DNA of 64,000 bases, taken from NCBI GenBank assembly GCA_964057225.1, contig OZ059900.1:9114001-9178000 (forward strand). The letters are read 5' to 3'. A program made the position numbers and the translations under genes. Source of the stretch: Auanema rhodensis. Lineage: Eukaryota > Animalia > Nematoda. The notes beneath the pieces are model-generated. The model worked only from the letters and a program-made list of their open reading frames with translations. It was not told the origin of the DNA and ran no database searches. Below are positions 28,870 to 42,600 of the stretch, piece after piece (the stretch's first letter is position 1; each line of letters starts with the position of its first letter).

Positions 28870-28963
28870 AGAGATGTATATTAGAGAGAGATTTATATAT
28901 TAGAGAGAGAGATTTATATTTTAGAGAGAGAGATTTATATTTTAGAGAGAGAGAGATATTTTA
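28870..28963 (-). repeat. Mirror copy of the 21-bp minisatellite
   Basis: Reverse complement of 26612-26705. Confidence 0.9.
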
Positions 28964-28974
28964 TATTTTCTTTG

Positions 28975-29046
28975 ATATCACTGTAGGATTTGAACCTACG
29001 AGTGCACCTTACTATAACTGAAATACAACCATTATACTAAGATGTT
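28975..29046 (-). pseudogene. Mirror copy of the first tRNA-derived sequence
   Basis: Reverse complement of 26529-26600. Confidence 0.6.
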
Positions 29047-29798
29047 ATATGAATTAACTATAAAATATAAAATATATAATAAGATAATTCATACTACATA
29101 TATGATAAACTATTAATATGCCTTGTGTTACGTACACTATTTCTCTTTTAGTCTATCTGGACTTCCCGCGGATTAGAACCATCGGGGATCCTAATAGAAT
29201 GTCGAAATTCATGTTGGAATGAACTCTTATCTGAATCAGATTCTTTTTATTTTCCTCACTAATAGATAGTGAGAATCCAAAATTAGAATAATAGGGTCTT
29301 GAATATTAGGGTATAATTAATATTTCTGCTTAAACGATTTGGCTGGCCTCACACAGAACACATATCGAAGGTTAATTCGATAAGAACGTTTATTCTTCCC
29401 CAACGGCCAAAGAAGTTGAACAAAAAATATTTAGACACGTCTTCTCACGATAGTATAGTTCCATTTAGTCTTTTTAAATTTAAAAACATAAATCAAATAC
29501 ATATGATATTCCGTAATTATTGTAATATTTGTTTTTTTCTTTTCAGAGTTTGATCCCAATTGTTTTTCATTTATCTGTGTTGTGGTTGTGTTTTTGCGAT
29601 GAGTTCAAATGACTTTTCAAGTTTATTTTTGCTAAGATTCTATAACTTCACAATAACTCTTAACGATCTCCCTCAATGTTTTTGATGGAACCGATACTTT
29701 TTTACAAAACTACATCGACCATCACCGAATTTCTCAATTCTTCAGTTTTCAGTTATAGAATCTTACAATCAGAATATCATTATACATATATACATGTA

Positions 29799-30490
29799 CA
29801 GTCATGTGCGATGAAAATCGGACACCCCTATGTTAGAAGCCCCAGAAAACCCCCTCAAACTACAAAAAAAAATTTTTTTTAATTTCAAAAATTTTGCGAG
29901 TTCATATAGTTTATATTTAGTCAAAATATATGTTGATATACTGATTTCAATATTATTTTCTAAATTTATAAGGAAATTTAGTGTTTTTTGACTATTTTGA
30001 ATAATTCATCTTAATATAACAAAATTTGAGATTAGGAAGAAGTTACTTCATTAGAAATATCTTTAAATCATTCTGAGCAGAAAGTTCAATCAATAACTAA
30101 GTTTTTCCTATGGCATAGCTTCAAACAAGTAAGCTTCAGCATCTGAATCTTACTGAATATCTATGAAGAGAACTTGGTTGACGTACAAAAAAATTCTCCT
30201 GTTCAAAAGAAAAATAGACGTTTAGTGTACTCTTAACATTCTATCAAAAAATTATTTCTGAAATCTTAATGAAACTTCTGAAATTCAAGAAAGAAGACTT
30301 CAAGCAGTTTATGAAAATTTCGAAGACTTCAGAAAAGACTTTAAAACATGATTTTTAAAACTTTAAAGATTTTTTCTGAATCCATTATCGTTTTTTAACA
30401 TTCAAAATATTTTTTTTCTGAATTTTTGTAGTTTGTCTTGTCAGATATAAGGGTTTCTAGTGGGTGTCCGACTTTCATCGCACATGACTG
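29799..30490 (+). mobile_element. Internally deleted Tc1/mariner-family element, right-arm copy
   Basis: TA|CAGTCATGTGCGATG...CATCGCACATGACTG|TA. From 30140 it reads HLNLTEYL*RELG*R (cf. Tc1 DLNPIEHLWEELERR), and from 30292 RRLQAVYEN (cf. Tc1 RRCQAVIDA). Confidence 0.9.
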
Positions 30491-30630
30491 TATATATAGA
30501 TAAAATATGAACCATGTAATAAAAAAAGTACCATTTCACACACATATTGACTATGGTATTCAAAAAAAATTTTAACAACTAACAATAGAGTTTTATTTAT
30601 TTTTTCTTATTTTTCCAGCATAACAAACAG

Positions 30631-33600
30631 AAAAGTTTCAGAACAATTCAATTCAATAATGAAGATGATCAGAGAGAAGGAAATATCTATAGATAATCAC
30701 AAGTAAAAGTAAAAACTATTGATAATTCCATATTGATTTTCAAAACAACATGTATAGGGAAAACATGATATCGATTGAAATTCCAACAAAAATAAAAAGT
30801 TTCGAAACAATACAATTAAATACTGAAGATGATCAGAGAGAAGGAAATATCTATAGAGAATCACAAGTAAAAGTAAAAACTATTGATAATTCCATATTGA
30901 TTTTCAAAACAACAGGTATAGGGAAAATATGATATCAATTGAAATTTCAAGAGAAATAAAAATTTTCGAAACAATTCAATTAAATACTGAAGATGATCAG
31001 AGAGAAAGAAATATCTATAGAGAATCACAAGTAAAAGTAAAAACTATTGATAATTCCATATTGATTTTCAAAACAACAGGTATAGGGAAAATATGATATC
31101 AATTGAAATTTCAAGAGAAATAAAAATTTTCGAAACAATTCAATTAAATACTGAAGATGATCAGAGAGAAGGAAATATCTATAGAGAATCACAAGTAAAA
31201 GTAAAAACTATTGATAATTCCATATTGATTTTCAAAACAACAGGTATAGGGAAAATATGATATCGATTGAAATTCCAACAAAAATAAAAAGTTTCGAAAC
31301 AATACAATTAAATACTGAAGATGATCAGAGAGAAGGAAATATCTATAGAGAATCACAAGTAAAAGTAAAAACTATTGATAATTCCATATTGATTTTCAAA
31401 ACAACAGGTATAGGGAAAATATGATATCGATTGAAATTTCAAGAGAAATAAAAAGTTTCGAAACAATACAATTAAATACTGAAGATGATCAGAGAGAAGG
31501 AAATATCTATAGAGAATCACAAGTAAAAGTAAAAACTATTGATAATTCCATATTGATTTTCAAAACAACAGGTATAGGGAAAATATGATATCGATTGAAA
31601 TTCCAACAAAAATAAAAAGTTTCGAAACAATACAATTAAATACTGAAGATGATCAGAGAGAAGGAAATATCTATAGAGAATCACAAGTAAAAGTAAAAAC
31701 TATTGATAATTCCATATTGATTTTCAAAACAACAGGTATAGGGAAAATATGATATCGATTGAAATTTCAAGAGAAATAAAAAGTTTCGAAACAATACAAT
31801 TAAATACTGAAGATGATCAGAGAGAAGGAAATATCTATAGAGAATCACAAGTAAAAGTAAAAACTATTGATAATTCCATATTGATTTTCAAAACAACAGG
31901 TATAGGGAAAATATGATATCGATTGAAATTCCAACAAAAATAAAAAGTTTCGAAACAATACAATTAAATACTGAAGATGATCAGAGAGAAGGAAATATCT
32001 ATAGAGAATCACAAGTAAAAGTAAAAACTATTGATAATTCCATATTGATTTTCAAAACAACAGGTATAGGGAAAATATGATATCGATTGAAATTTCAAGA
32101 GAAATAAAAAGTTTCGAAACAATACAATTAAATACTGAAGATGATCAGAGAGAAGGAAATATCTATAGAGAATCACAAGTAAAAGTAAAAACTATTGATA
32201 ATTCCATATTGATTTTCAAAACAACAGGTATAGGGAAAATATGATATCGATTGAAATTCCAACAAAAATAAAAAGTTTCGAAACAATACAATTAAATACT
32301 GAAGATGATCAGAGAGAAGGAAATATCTATAGAGAATCACAAGTAAAAGTAAAAACTATTGATAATTCCATATTGATTTTCAAAACAACAGGTATAGGGA
32401 AAATATGATATCGATTGAAATTTCAAGAGAAATAAAAAGTTTCGAAACAATACAATTAAATACTGAAGATGATCAGAGAGAAGGAAATATCTATAGAGAA
32501 TCACAAGTAAAAGTAAAAACTATTGATAATTCCATATTGATTTTCAAAACAACAGGTATAGGGAAAATATGATATCGATTGAAATTCCAACAAAAATAAA
32601 AAGTTTCGAAACAATACAATTAAATACTGAAGATGATCAGAGAGAAGGAAATATCTATAGAGAATCACAAGTAAAAGTAAAAACTATTGATAATTCCATA
32701 TTGATTTTCAAAACAACAGGTATAGGGAAAATATGATATCGATTGAAATTTCAAGAGAAATAAAAAGTTTCGAAACAATACAATTAAATACTGAAGATGA
32801 TCAGAGAGAAGGAAATATCTATAGAGAATCACAAGTAAAAGTAAAAACTATTGATAATTCCATATTGATTTTCAAAACAACAGGTATAGGGAAAATATGA
32901 TATCGATTGAAATTCCAACAAAAATAAAAAGTTTCGAAACAATACAATTAAATACTGAAGATGATCAGAGAGAAGGAAATATCTATAGAGAATCACAAGT
33001 AAAAGTAAAAACTATTGATAATTCCATATTGATTTTCAAAACAACAGGTATAGGGAAAATATGATATCGATTGAAATTTCAAGAGAAATAAAAAGTTTCG
33101 AAACAATACAATTAAATACTGAAGATGATCAGAGAGAAGGAAATATCTATAGAGAATCACAAGTAAAAGTAAAAACTATTGATAATTCCATATTGATTTT
33201 CAAAACAACAGGTATAGGGAAAATATGATATCGATTGAAATTTCAAGAGAAATAAAAAGTTTCGAAACAATACAATTAAATACTGAAGATGATCAGAGAG
33301 AAGGAAATATCTATAGAGAATCACAAGTAAAAGTAAAAACTATTGATAATTCCATATTGATTTTCAAAACAACAGGTATAGGGAAAATATGATATCGATT
33401 GAAATTTCAAGAGAAATAAAAAGTTTCGAAACAATACAATTAAATACTGAAGATGATCAGAGAGAAGGAAATATCTATAGAGAATCACAAGTAAAAGTAA
33501 AAACTATTGATAATTCCATATTGATTTTCAAAACAACAGGTATAGGGAAAATATGATATCGATTGAAATTCCAACAAAAATAAAAAGTTTCGAAACAATA

Positions 33601-36600
33601 CAATTAAATACTGAAGATGATCAGAGAGAAGGAAATATCTATAGAGAATCACAAGTAAAAGTAAAAACTATTGATAATTCCATATTGATTTTCAAAACAA
33701 CAGGTATAGGGAAAATATGATATCGATTGAAATTTCAAGAGAAATAAAAAGTTTCGAAACAATACAATTAAATACTGAAGATGATCAGAGAGAAGGAAAT
33801 ATCTATAGAGAATCACAAGTAAAAGTAAAAACTATTGATAATTCCATATTGATTTTCAAAACAACAGGTATAGGGAAAATATGATATCGATTGAAATTCC
33901 AACAAAAATAAAAAGTTTCGAAACAATACAATTAAATACTGAAGATGATCAGAGAGAAGGAAATATCTATAGAGAATCACAAGTAAAAGTAAAAACTATT
34001 GATAATTCCATATTGATTTTCAAAACAACAGGTATAGGGAAAATATGATATCGATTGAAATTTCAAGAGAAATAAAAAGTTTCGAAACAATACAATTAAA
34101 TACTGAAGATGATCAGAGAGAAGGAAATATCTATAGAGAATCACAAGTAAAAGTAAAAACTATTGATAATTCCATATTGATTTTCAAAACAACAGGTATA
34201 GGGAAAATATGATATCGATTGAAATTCCAACAAAAATAAAAAGTTTCGAAACAATACAATTAAATACTGAAGATGATCAGAGAGAAGGAAATATCTATAG
34301 AGAATCACAAGTAAAAGTAAAAACTATTGATAATTCCATATTGATTTTCAAAACAACAGGTATAGGGAAAATATGATATCGATTGAAATTCCAACAAAAA
34401 TAAAAAGTTTCGAAACAATACAATTAAATACTGAAGATGATCAGAGAGAAGGAAATATCTATAGAGAATCACAAGTAAAAGTAAAAACTATTGATAATTC
34501 CATATTGATTTTCAAAACAACAGGTATAGGGAAAATATGATATCGATTGAAATTCCAACAAAAATAAAAAGTTTCGAAACAATACAATTAAATACTGAAG
34601 ATGATCAGAGAGAAGGAAATATCTATAGAGAATCACAAGTAAAAGTAAAAACTATTGATAATTCCATATTGATTTTCAAAACAACAGGTATAGGGAAAAT
34701 ATGATATCGATTGAAATTTCAAGAGAAATAAAAAGTTTCGAAACAATACAATTAAATACTGAAGATGATCAGAGAGAAGGAAATATCTATAGAGAATCAC
34801 AAGTAAAAGTAAAAACTATTGATAATTCCATATTGATTTTCAAAACAACAGGTATAGGGAAAATATGATATCGATTGAAATTCCAACAAAAATAAAAAGT
34901 TTCGAAACAATACAATTAAATACTGAAGATGATCAGAGAGAAGGAAATATCTATAGAGAATCACAAGTAAAAGTAAAAACTATTGATAATTCCATATTGA
35001 TTTTCAAAACAACAGGTATAGGGAAAATATGATATCGATTGAAATTCCAACAAAAATAAAAAGTTTCGAAACAATACAATTAAATACTGAAGATGATCAG
35101 AGAGAAGCAAATATCTATAGATAATCACAAGTAAAAGTAAAAACTATTGATAATTCCATATTGATTTTCAAAACAACATGTATAGGAAAAATATGATATC
35201 GATTGAAATTCCAACAAAAATGAAAATTTTCGAAACAATACAATTAAATACTGAAGATGATCAGAGAGAAGGAAATATCTATGGAGAATCACAAGTAAAA
35301 GTAAAAACTATTGATAATTCCATATTGATTTTCAAAACAACAGGTATAGGGAAAATATGATATCGATTGAAATTTCAAGAGAAATAAAAAGTTTCGAAAC
35401 AATACAATTAAATACTGAAGATGATCAGAGAGAAGGAAATATCTATAGAGAATCACAAGTAAAAGTAAAAACTATTGATAATTCCATATTGATTTTCAAA
35501 ACAACAGGTATAGGGAAAATATGATATCGATTGAAATTTCAAGAGAAATAAAAAGTTTCGAAACAATACAATTAAATACTGAAGATGATCAGAGAGAAGG
35601 AAATATCTATAGAGAATCACAAGTAAAAGTAAAAACTATTGATAATTCCATATTGATTTTCAAAACAACAGGTATAGGGAAAATATGATATCGATTGAAA
35701 TTTCAAGAGAAATAAAAAGTTTCGAAACAATACAATTAAATACTGAAGATGATCAGAGAGAAGGAAATATCTATAGAGAATCACAAGTAAAAGTAAAAAC
35801 TATTGATAATTCCATATTGATTTTCAAAACAACAGGTATAGGGAAAATATGATATCGATTGAAATTTCAAGAGAAATAAAAAGTTTCGAAACATTACAAT
35901 TAAATACTGAAGATGATCAGAGAGAAGGAAATATCTATAGAGAATCACAAGTAAAAGTAAAAACTATTGATAATTCCATATTGATTTTCAAAACAACAGG
36001 TATAGGGAAAATATGATATCGATTGAAATTCCAACAAAAATAAAAAGTTTCGAAACAATACAATTAAATACTGAAGATGATCAGAGAGAAGGAAATATCT
36101 ATAGAGAATCACAAGTAAAAGTAAAAACTATTGATAATTCCATATTGATTTTCAAAACAACAGGTATAGGGAAAATATGATATCGATTGAAATTTCAAGA
36201 GAAATAAAAAGTTTCGAAACAATACAATTAAATACTGAAGATGATCAGAGAGAAGGAAATATCTATAGAGAATCACAAGTAAAAGTAAAAACTATTGATA
36301 ATTCCATATTGATTTTCAAAACAACAGGTATAGGGAAAATATGATATCGATTGAAATTTCAAGAGAAATAAAAAGTTTCGAAACAATACAATTAAATACT
36401 GAAGATGATCAGAGAGAAGGAAATATCTATAGAGAATCACAAGTAAAAGTAAAAACTATTGATAATTCCATATTGATTTTCAAAACAACAGGTATAGGGA
36501 AAATATGATATCAATTGAAATTTCAAGAGAAATAAAAATTTTCGAAACAATTCAATTAAATACTGAAGATGATCAGAGAGAAGGAAATATCTATAGAGAA

Positions 36601-39600
36601 TCACAAGTAAAAGTAAAAACTATTGATAATTCCATATTGATTTTCAAAACAACAGGTATAGGGAAAATATGATATCGATTGAAATTTCAAGAGAAATAAA
36701 AAGTTTCGAAACAATACAATTAAATACTGAAGATGATCAGAGAGAAGGAAATATCTATAGAGAATCACAAGTAAAAGTAAAAACTATTGATAATTCCATA
36801 TTGATTTTCAAAACAACAGGTATAGGGAAAATATGATATCGATTGAAATTTCAAGAGAAATAAAAAGTTTCGAAACAATACAATTAAATACTGAAGATGA
36901 TCAGAGAGAAGGAAATATCTATAGAGAATCACAAGTAAAAGTAAAAACTATTGATAATTCCATATTGATTTTCAAAACAACAGGTATAGGGAAAATATGA
37001 TATCGATTGAAATTTCAAGAGAAATAAAAAGTTTCGAAACAATACAATTAAATACTGAAGATGATCAGAGAGAAGGAAATATCTATAGAGAATCACAAGT
37101 AAAAGTAAAAACTATTGATAATTCCATATTGATTTTCAAAACAACAGGTATAGGGAAAATATGATATCGATTGAAATTTCAAGAGAAATAAAAAGTTTCG
37201 AAACAATACAATTAAATACTGAAGATGATCAGAGAGAAGGAAATATCTATAGAGAATCACAAGTAAAAGTAAAAACTATTGATAATTCCATATTGATTTT
37301 CAAAACAACAGGTATAGGGAAAATATGATATCAATTGAAATTTCAAGAGAAATAAAAATTTTCGAAACAATTCAATTAAATACTGAAGATGATCAGAGAG
37401 AAGGAAATATCTATAGAGAATCACAAGTAAAAGTAAAAACTATTGATAATTCCATATTGATTTTCAAAACAACATGTATAGGGGAAACATGATATCGATT
37501 GAAATTCCAACAAAAATTAAAATTTTCGAAACAATACAATTAAATACTGAAGATGATCAGAGAGAAGGAAATATCTATAGAGAATCACAAGTAAAAGTAA
37601 AAACTATTGATAATTCCATATTGATTTTCAAAACAACAGGTATAGGGAAAACATGATATCGATTGAAATTCCAAGAGAAATAAAAAGTTTCGAAACAATA
37701 CAATTAAATACTGAAGATGATCAGAGAGAAGCAAATATCTATAGATAATCACAAGTAAAAGTAAAAACTATTGATAATTCCATATTGATTTTCAAAACAA
37801 CATGTATAGGGAAAATATGATATCGATTGAAATTCCAACAAAAATAAAAAGTTTCGAAACAATACAATTAAATACTGAAGATGATCAGAGAGAAGGAAAT
37901 ATCTATAGAGAATCACAAGTAAAAGTAAAAACTATTGATAATTCCATATTGATTTTCAAAACAACAGGTATAGGGAAAATATGATATCGATTGAAATTCC
38001 AACAAAAATAAAAAGTTTCGAAACAATACAATTAAATACTGAAGATGATCAGAGAGAAGGAAATATCTATAGAGAATCACAAGTAAAAGTAAAAACTATT
38101 GATAATTCCATATTGATTTTCAAAACAACAGGTATAGGGAAAATATGATATCGATTGAAATTCCAACAAAAATAAAAAGTTTCGAAACAATACAATTAAA
38201 TACTGAAGATGATCAGAGAGAAGCAAATATCTATAGATAATCACAAGTAAAAGTAAAAACTATTGATAATTCCATATTGATTTTCAAAACAACAGGTATA
38301 GGGAAAATATGATATCGATTGAAATTCCAACAAAAATAAAAAGTTTCGAAACAATACAATTAAATACTGAAGATGATCAGAGAGAAGGAAATATCTATAG
38401 AGAATCACAAGTAAAAGTAAAAACTATTGATAATTCCATATTGATTTTCAAAACAACATGTATAGGAAAAATATGATATCGATTGAAATTCCAACAAAAA
38501 TGAAAATTTTCGAAACAATACAATTAAATACTGAAGATGATCAGAGAGAAGGAAATATCTATAGAGAATCACAAGTAAAAGTAAAAACTATTGATAATTC
38601 CATATTGATTTTCAAAACAACAGGTATAGGGAAAATATGATATCGATTGAAATTTCAAGAGAAATAAAAAGTTTCGAAACAATACAATTAAATACTGAAG
38701 ATGATCAGAGAGAAGGAAATATCTATAGAGAATCACAAGTAAAAGTAAAAACTATTGATAATTCCATATTGATTTTCAAAACAACAGGTATAGGGAAAAT
38801 ATGATATCGATTGAAATTCCAACAAAAATAAAAAGTTTCGAAACAATACAATTAAATACTGAAGATGATCAGAGAGAAGGAAATATCTATAGAGAATCAC
38901 AAGTAAAAGTAAAAACTATTGATAATTCCATATTGATTTTCAAAACAACAGGTATAGGGAAAATATGATATCGATTGAAATTTCAAGAGAAATAAAAAGT
39001 TTCGAAACAATACAATTAAATACTGAAGATGATCAGAGAGAAGGAAATATCTATAGAGAATCACAAGTAAAAGTAAAAACTATTGATAATTCCATATTGA
39101 TTTTCAAAACAACAGGTATAGGGAAAATATGATATCGATTGAAATTCCAACAAAAATAAAAAGTTTCGAAACAATACAATTAAATACTGAAGATGATCAG
39201 AGAGAAGGAAATATCTATAGAGAATCACAAGTAAAAGTAAAAACTATTGATAATTCCATATTGATTTTCAAAACAACAGGTATAGGGAAAATATGATATC
39301 GATTGAAATTTCAAGAGAAATAAAAAGTTTCGAAACAATACAGTTAAATACTGAAGATGATCAGAGAGAAGGAAATATCTATAGAGAATCACAAGTAAAA
39401 GTAAAAACTATTGATAATTCCATATTGATTTTCAAAACAACAGGTATAGGGAAAATATGATATCGATTGAAATTTCAAGAGAAATAAAAAGTTTCGAAAC
39501 AATACAATTAAATACTGAAGATGATCAGAGAGAAGGAAATATCTATAGAGAATCACAAGTAAAAGTAAAAACTATTGATAATTCCATATTGATTTTCAAA

Positions 39601-42600
39601 ACAACAGGTATAGGGAAAATATGATATCGATTGAAATTTCAAGAGAAATAAAAAGTTTCGAAACAATACAATTAAATACTGAAGATGATCAGAGAGAAGG
39701 AAATATCTATAGAGAATCACAAGTAAAAGTAAAAACTATTGATAATTCCATATTGATTTTCAAAACAACAGGTATAGGGAAAATATGATATCGATTGAAA
39801 TTTCAAGAGAAATAAAAAGTTTCGAAACAATACAGTTAAATACTGAAGATGATCAGAGAGAAGGAAATATCTATAGAGAATCACAAGTAAAAGTAAAAAC
39901 TATTGATAATTCCATATTGATTTTCAAAACAACAGGTATAGGGAAAATATGATATCGATTGAAATTTCAAGAGAAATAAAAAGTTTCGAAACAATACAAT
40001 TAAATACTGAAGATGATCAGAGAGAAGGAAATATCTATAGAGAATCACAAGTAAAAGTAAAAACTATTGATAATTCCATATTGATTTTCAAAACAACAGG
40101 TATAGGGAAAATATGATATCGATTGAAATTTCAAGAGAAATAAAAAGTTTCGAAACAATACAATTAAATACTGAAGATGATCAGAGAGAAGGAAATATCT
40201 ATAGAGAATCACAAGTAAAAGTAAAAACTATTGATAATTCCATATTGATTTTCAAAACAACAGGTATAGGGAAAATATGATATCAATTGAAATTTCAAGA
40301 GAAATAAAAATTTTCGAAACAATTCAATTAAATACTGAAGATGATCAGAGAGAAGGAAATATCTATAGAGAATCACAAGTAAAAGTAAAAACTATTGATA
40401 ATTCCATATTGATTTTCAAAACAACAGGTATAGGGAAAATATGATATCGATTGAAATTCCAACAAAAATAAAAAGTTTCGAAACAATACAATTAAATACT
40501 GAAGATGATCAGAGAGAAGCAAATATCTATAGATAATCACAAGTAAAAGTAAAAACTATTGATAATTCCATATTGATTTTCAAAACAACATGTATAGGGA
40601 AAAGATGATATCGATTGAAATTCCAACAAAAATAAAAATTTTCGAAACAATACAATTAAATACTGAAGATGATCAGAGAGAAGGAAATATCTATAGAGAA
40701 TCACAAGTAAAAGTAAAAACTATTGATAATTCCATATTGATTTTCAAAACAACAGGTATAGGGAAAATATGATATCGATTGAAATTCCAACAAAAATAAA
40801 AAGTTTCGAAACAATACAATTAAATACTGAAGATGATCAGAGAGAAGCAAATATCTATAGATAATCACAAGTAAAAGTAAAAACTATTGATAATTCCATA
40901 TTGATTTTCAAAACAACATGTATAGGGAAAAGATGATATCGATTGAAATTCCAACAAAAATAAAAATTTTCGAAACAATACAATTAAATACTGAAGATGA
41001 TCAGAGAGAAGGAAATATCTATAGAGAATCACAAGTAAAAGTAAAAACTATTGATAATTCCATATTGATTTTCAAAACAACAGGTATAGGGAAAATATGA
41101 TATCGATTGAAATTCCAACAAAAATGAAAATTTTCGAAACAATACAATTAAATACTGAAGATGATCAGAGAGAAGGAAATATCTATAGAGAATCACAAGT
41201 AAAAGTAAAAACTATTGATAATTCCATATTGATTTTCAAAACAACATGTATAGGGAAAAGATGATATCGATTGAAATTCCAACAAAAATGAAAATTTTCG
41301 AAACAATACAATTAAATACTGAAGATGATCAGAGAGAAGGAAATATCTATAGAGAATCACAAGTAAAAGTAAAAACTATTGATAATTCCATATTGATTTT
41401 CAAAACAACATGTATAGGGAAAAGATGATATCGATTGAAATTCCAAAAAAAATGAAAATTTTCGAAACAATACAATTAAATACTGAAGATGATCAGAGAG
41501 AAGGAAATATCTATAGAGAATCACAAGTAAAAGTAAAAACTATTGATAATTCCATATTGATTTTCAAAACAACAGGTATAGGAAAAATATGATATCGATT
41601 GAAATTCCAACAAAAATGAAAATTTTCGAAACAATACAATTAAATACTGAAGATGATCAGAGAGAAGGAAATATCTATAGAGAATCACAAGTAAAAGTAA
41701 AAACTATTGATAATTCCATATTGATTTTCAAAACAACATGTATAGGGAAAAGATGATATCGATTGAAATTCCAACAAAAATGAAAATTTTCGAAACAATA
41801 CAATTAAATACTGAAGATGATCAGAGAGAAGGAAATATCTATAGAGAATCACAAGTAAAAGTAAAAACTATTGATAATTCCATATTGATTTTCAAAACAA
41901 CAGGTATAGGAAAAATATGATATCGATTGAAATTCCAACAAAAATGAAAATTTTCGAAACAATACAATTAAATACTGAAGATGATCAGAGAGAAGGAAAT
42001 ATCTATAGAGAATCACAAGTAAAAGTAAAAACTATTGATAATTCCATATTGATTTTCAAAACAACATGTATAGGGAAAAGATGATATCGATTGAAATTCC
42101 AACAAAAATGAAAATTTTCGAAACAATACAATTAAATACTGAAGATGATCAGAGAGAAGGAAATATCTATAGAGAATCACAAGTAAAAGTAAAAACTATT
42201 GATAATTCCATATTGATTTTCAAAACAACATGTATAGGGAAAAGATGATATCGATTGAAATTCCAACAAAAATGAAAATTTTCGAAACAATACAATTAAA
42301 TACTGAAGATGATCAGAGAGAAGGAAATATCTATAGAGAATCACAAGTAAAAGTAAAAACTATTGATAATTCCATATTGATTTTCAAAACAACATGTATA
42401 GGGAAAAGATGATATCGATTGAAATTCCAACAAAAATGAAAATTTTCGAAACAATACAATTAAATACTGAAGATGATCAGAGAGAAGGAAATATCTATAG
42501 AGAATCACAAGTAAAAGTAAAAACTATTGATAATTCCATATTGATTTTCAAAACAACATGTATAGGGAAAAGATGATATCGATTGAAATTCCAACAAAAA

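Larger units (their letters stand above)
24732..30843. repeat. Giant palindrome (inverted duplication), ~2.8-kb near-identical arms around an imperfect core
   Basis: Mirror coordinates sum to 55575 (ORFs 25693-25899/29676-29882 and 24643-24825/30750-30932). I noticed only two arm mismatches by eye (25490/30085 and 27407/28168). Identity extends ~210 bp into the satellite on both sides. Confidence 0.97.

Noticed and set aside
25693-29882. Mirror 68-aa ORFs (25693-25899, 29676-29882) and the 67-aa ORF at 28104-28307
   Set aside because: The 68-aa ORFs run across a transposon TIR junction. The 67-aa ORF is open on only one arm because of a single substitution. None resembles a known protein.
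24732-30843. Palindrome as a pure fold-back sequencing or amplification chimera
   Set aside because: The core arms differ at ~26 sites and the flanking arrays carry different variant sets, which a read-level fold-back would not produce. This is not fully excluded without raw reads.
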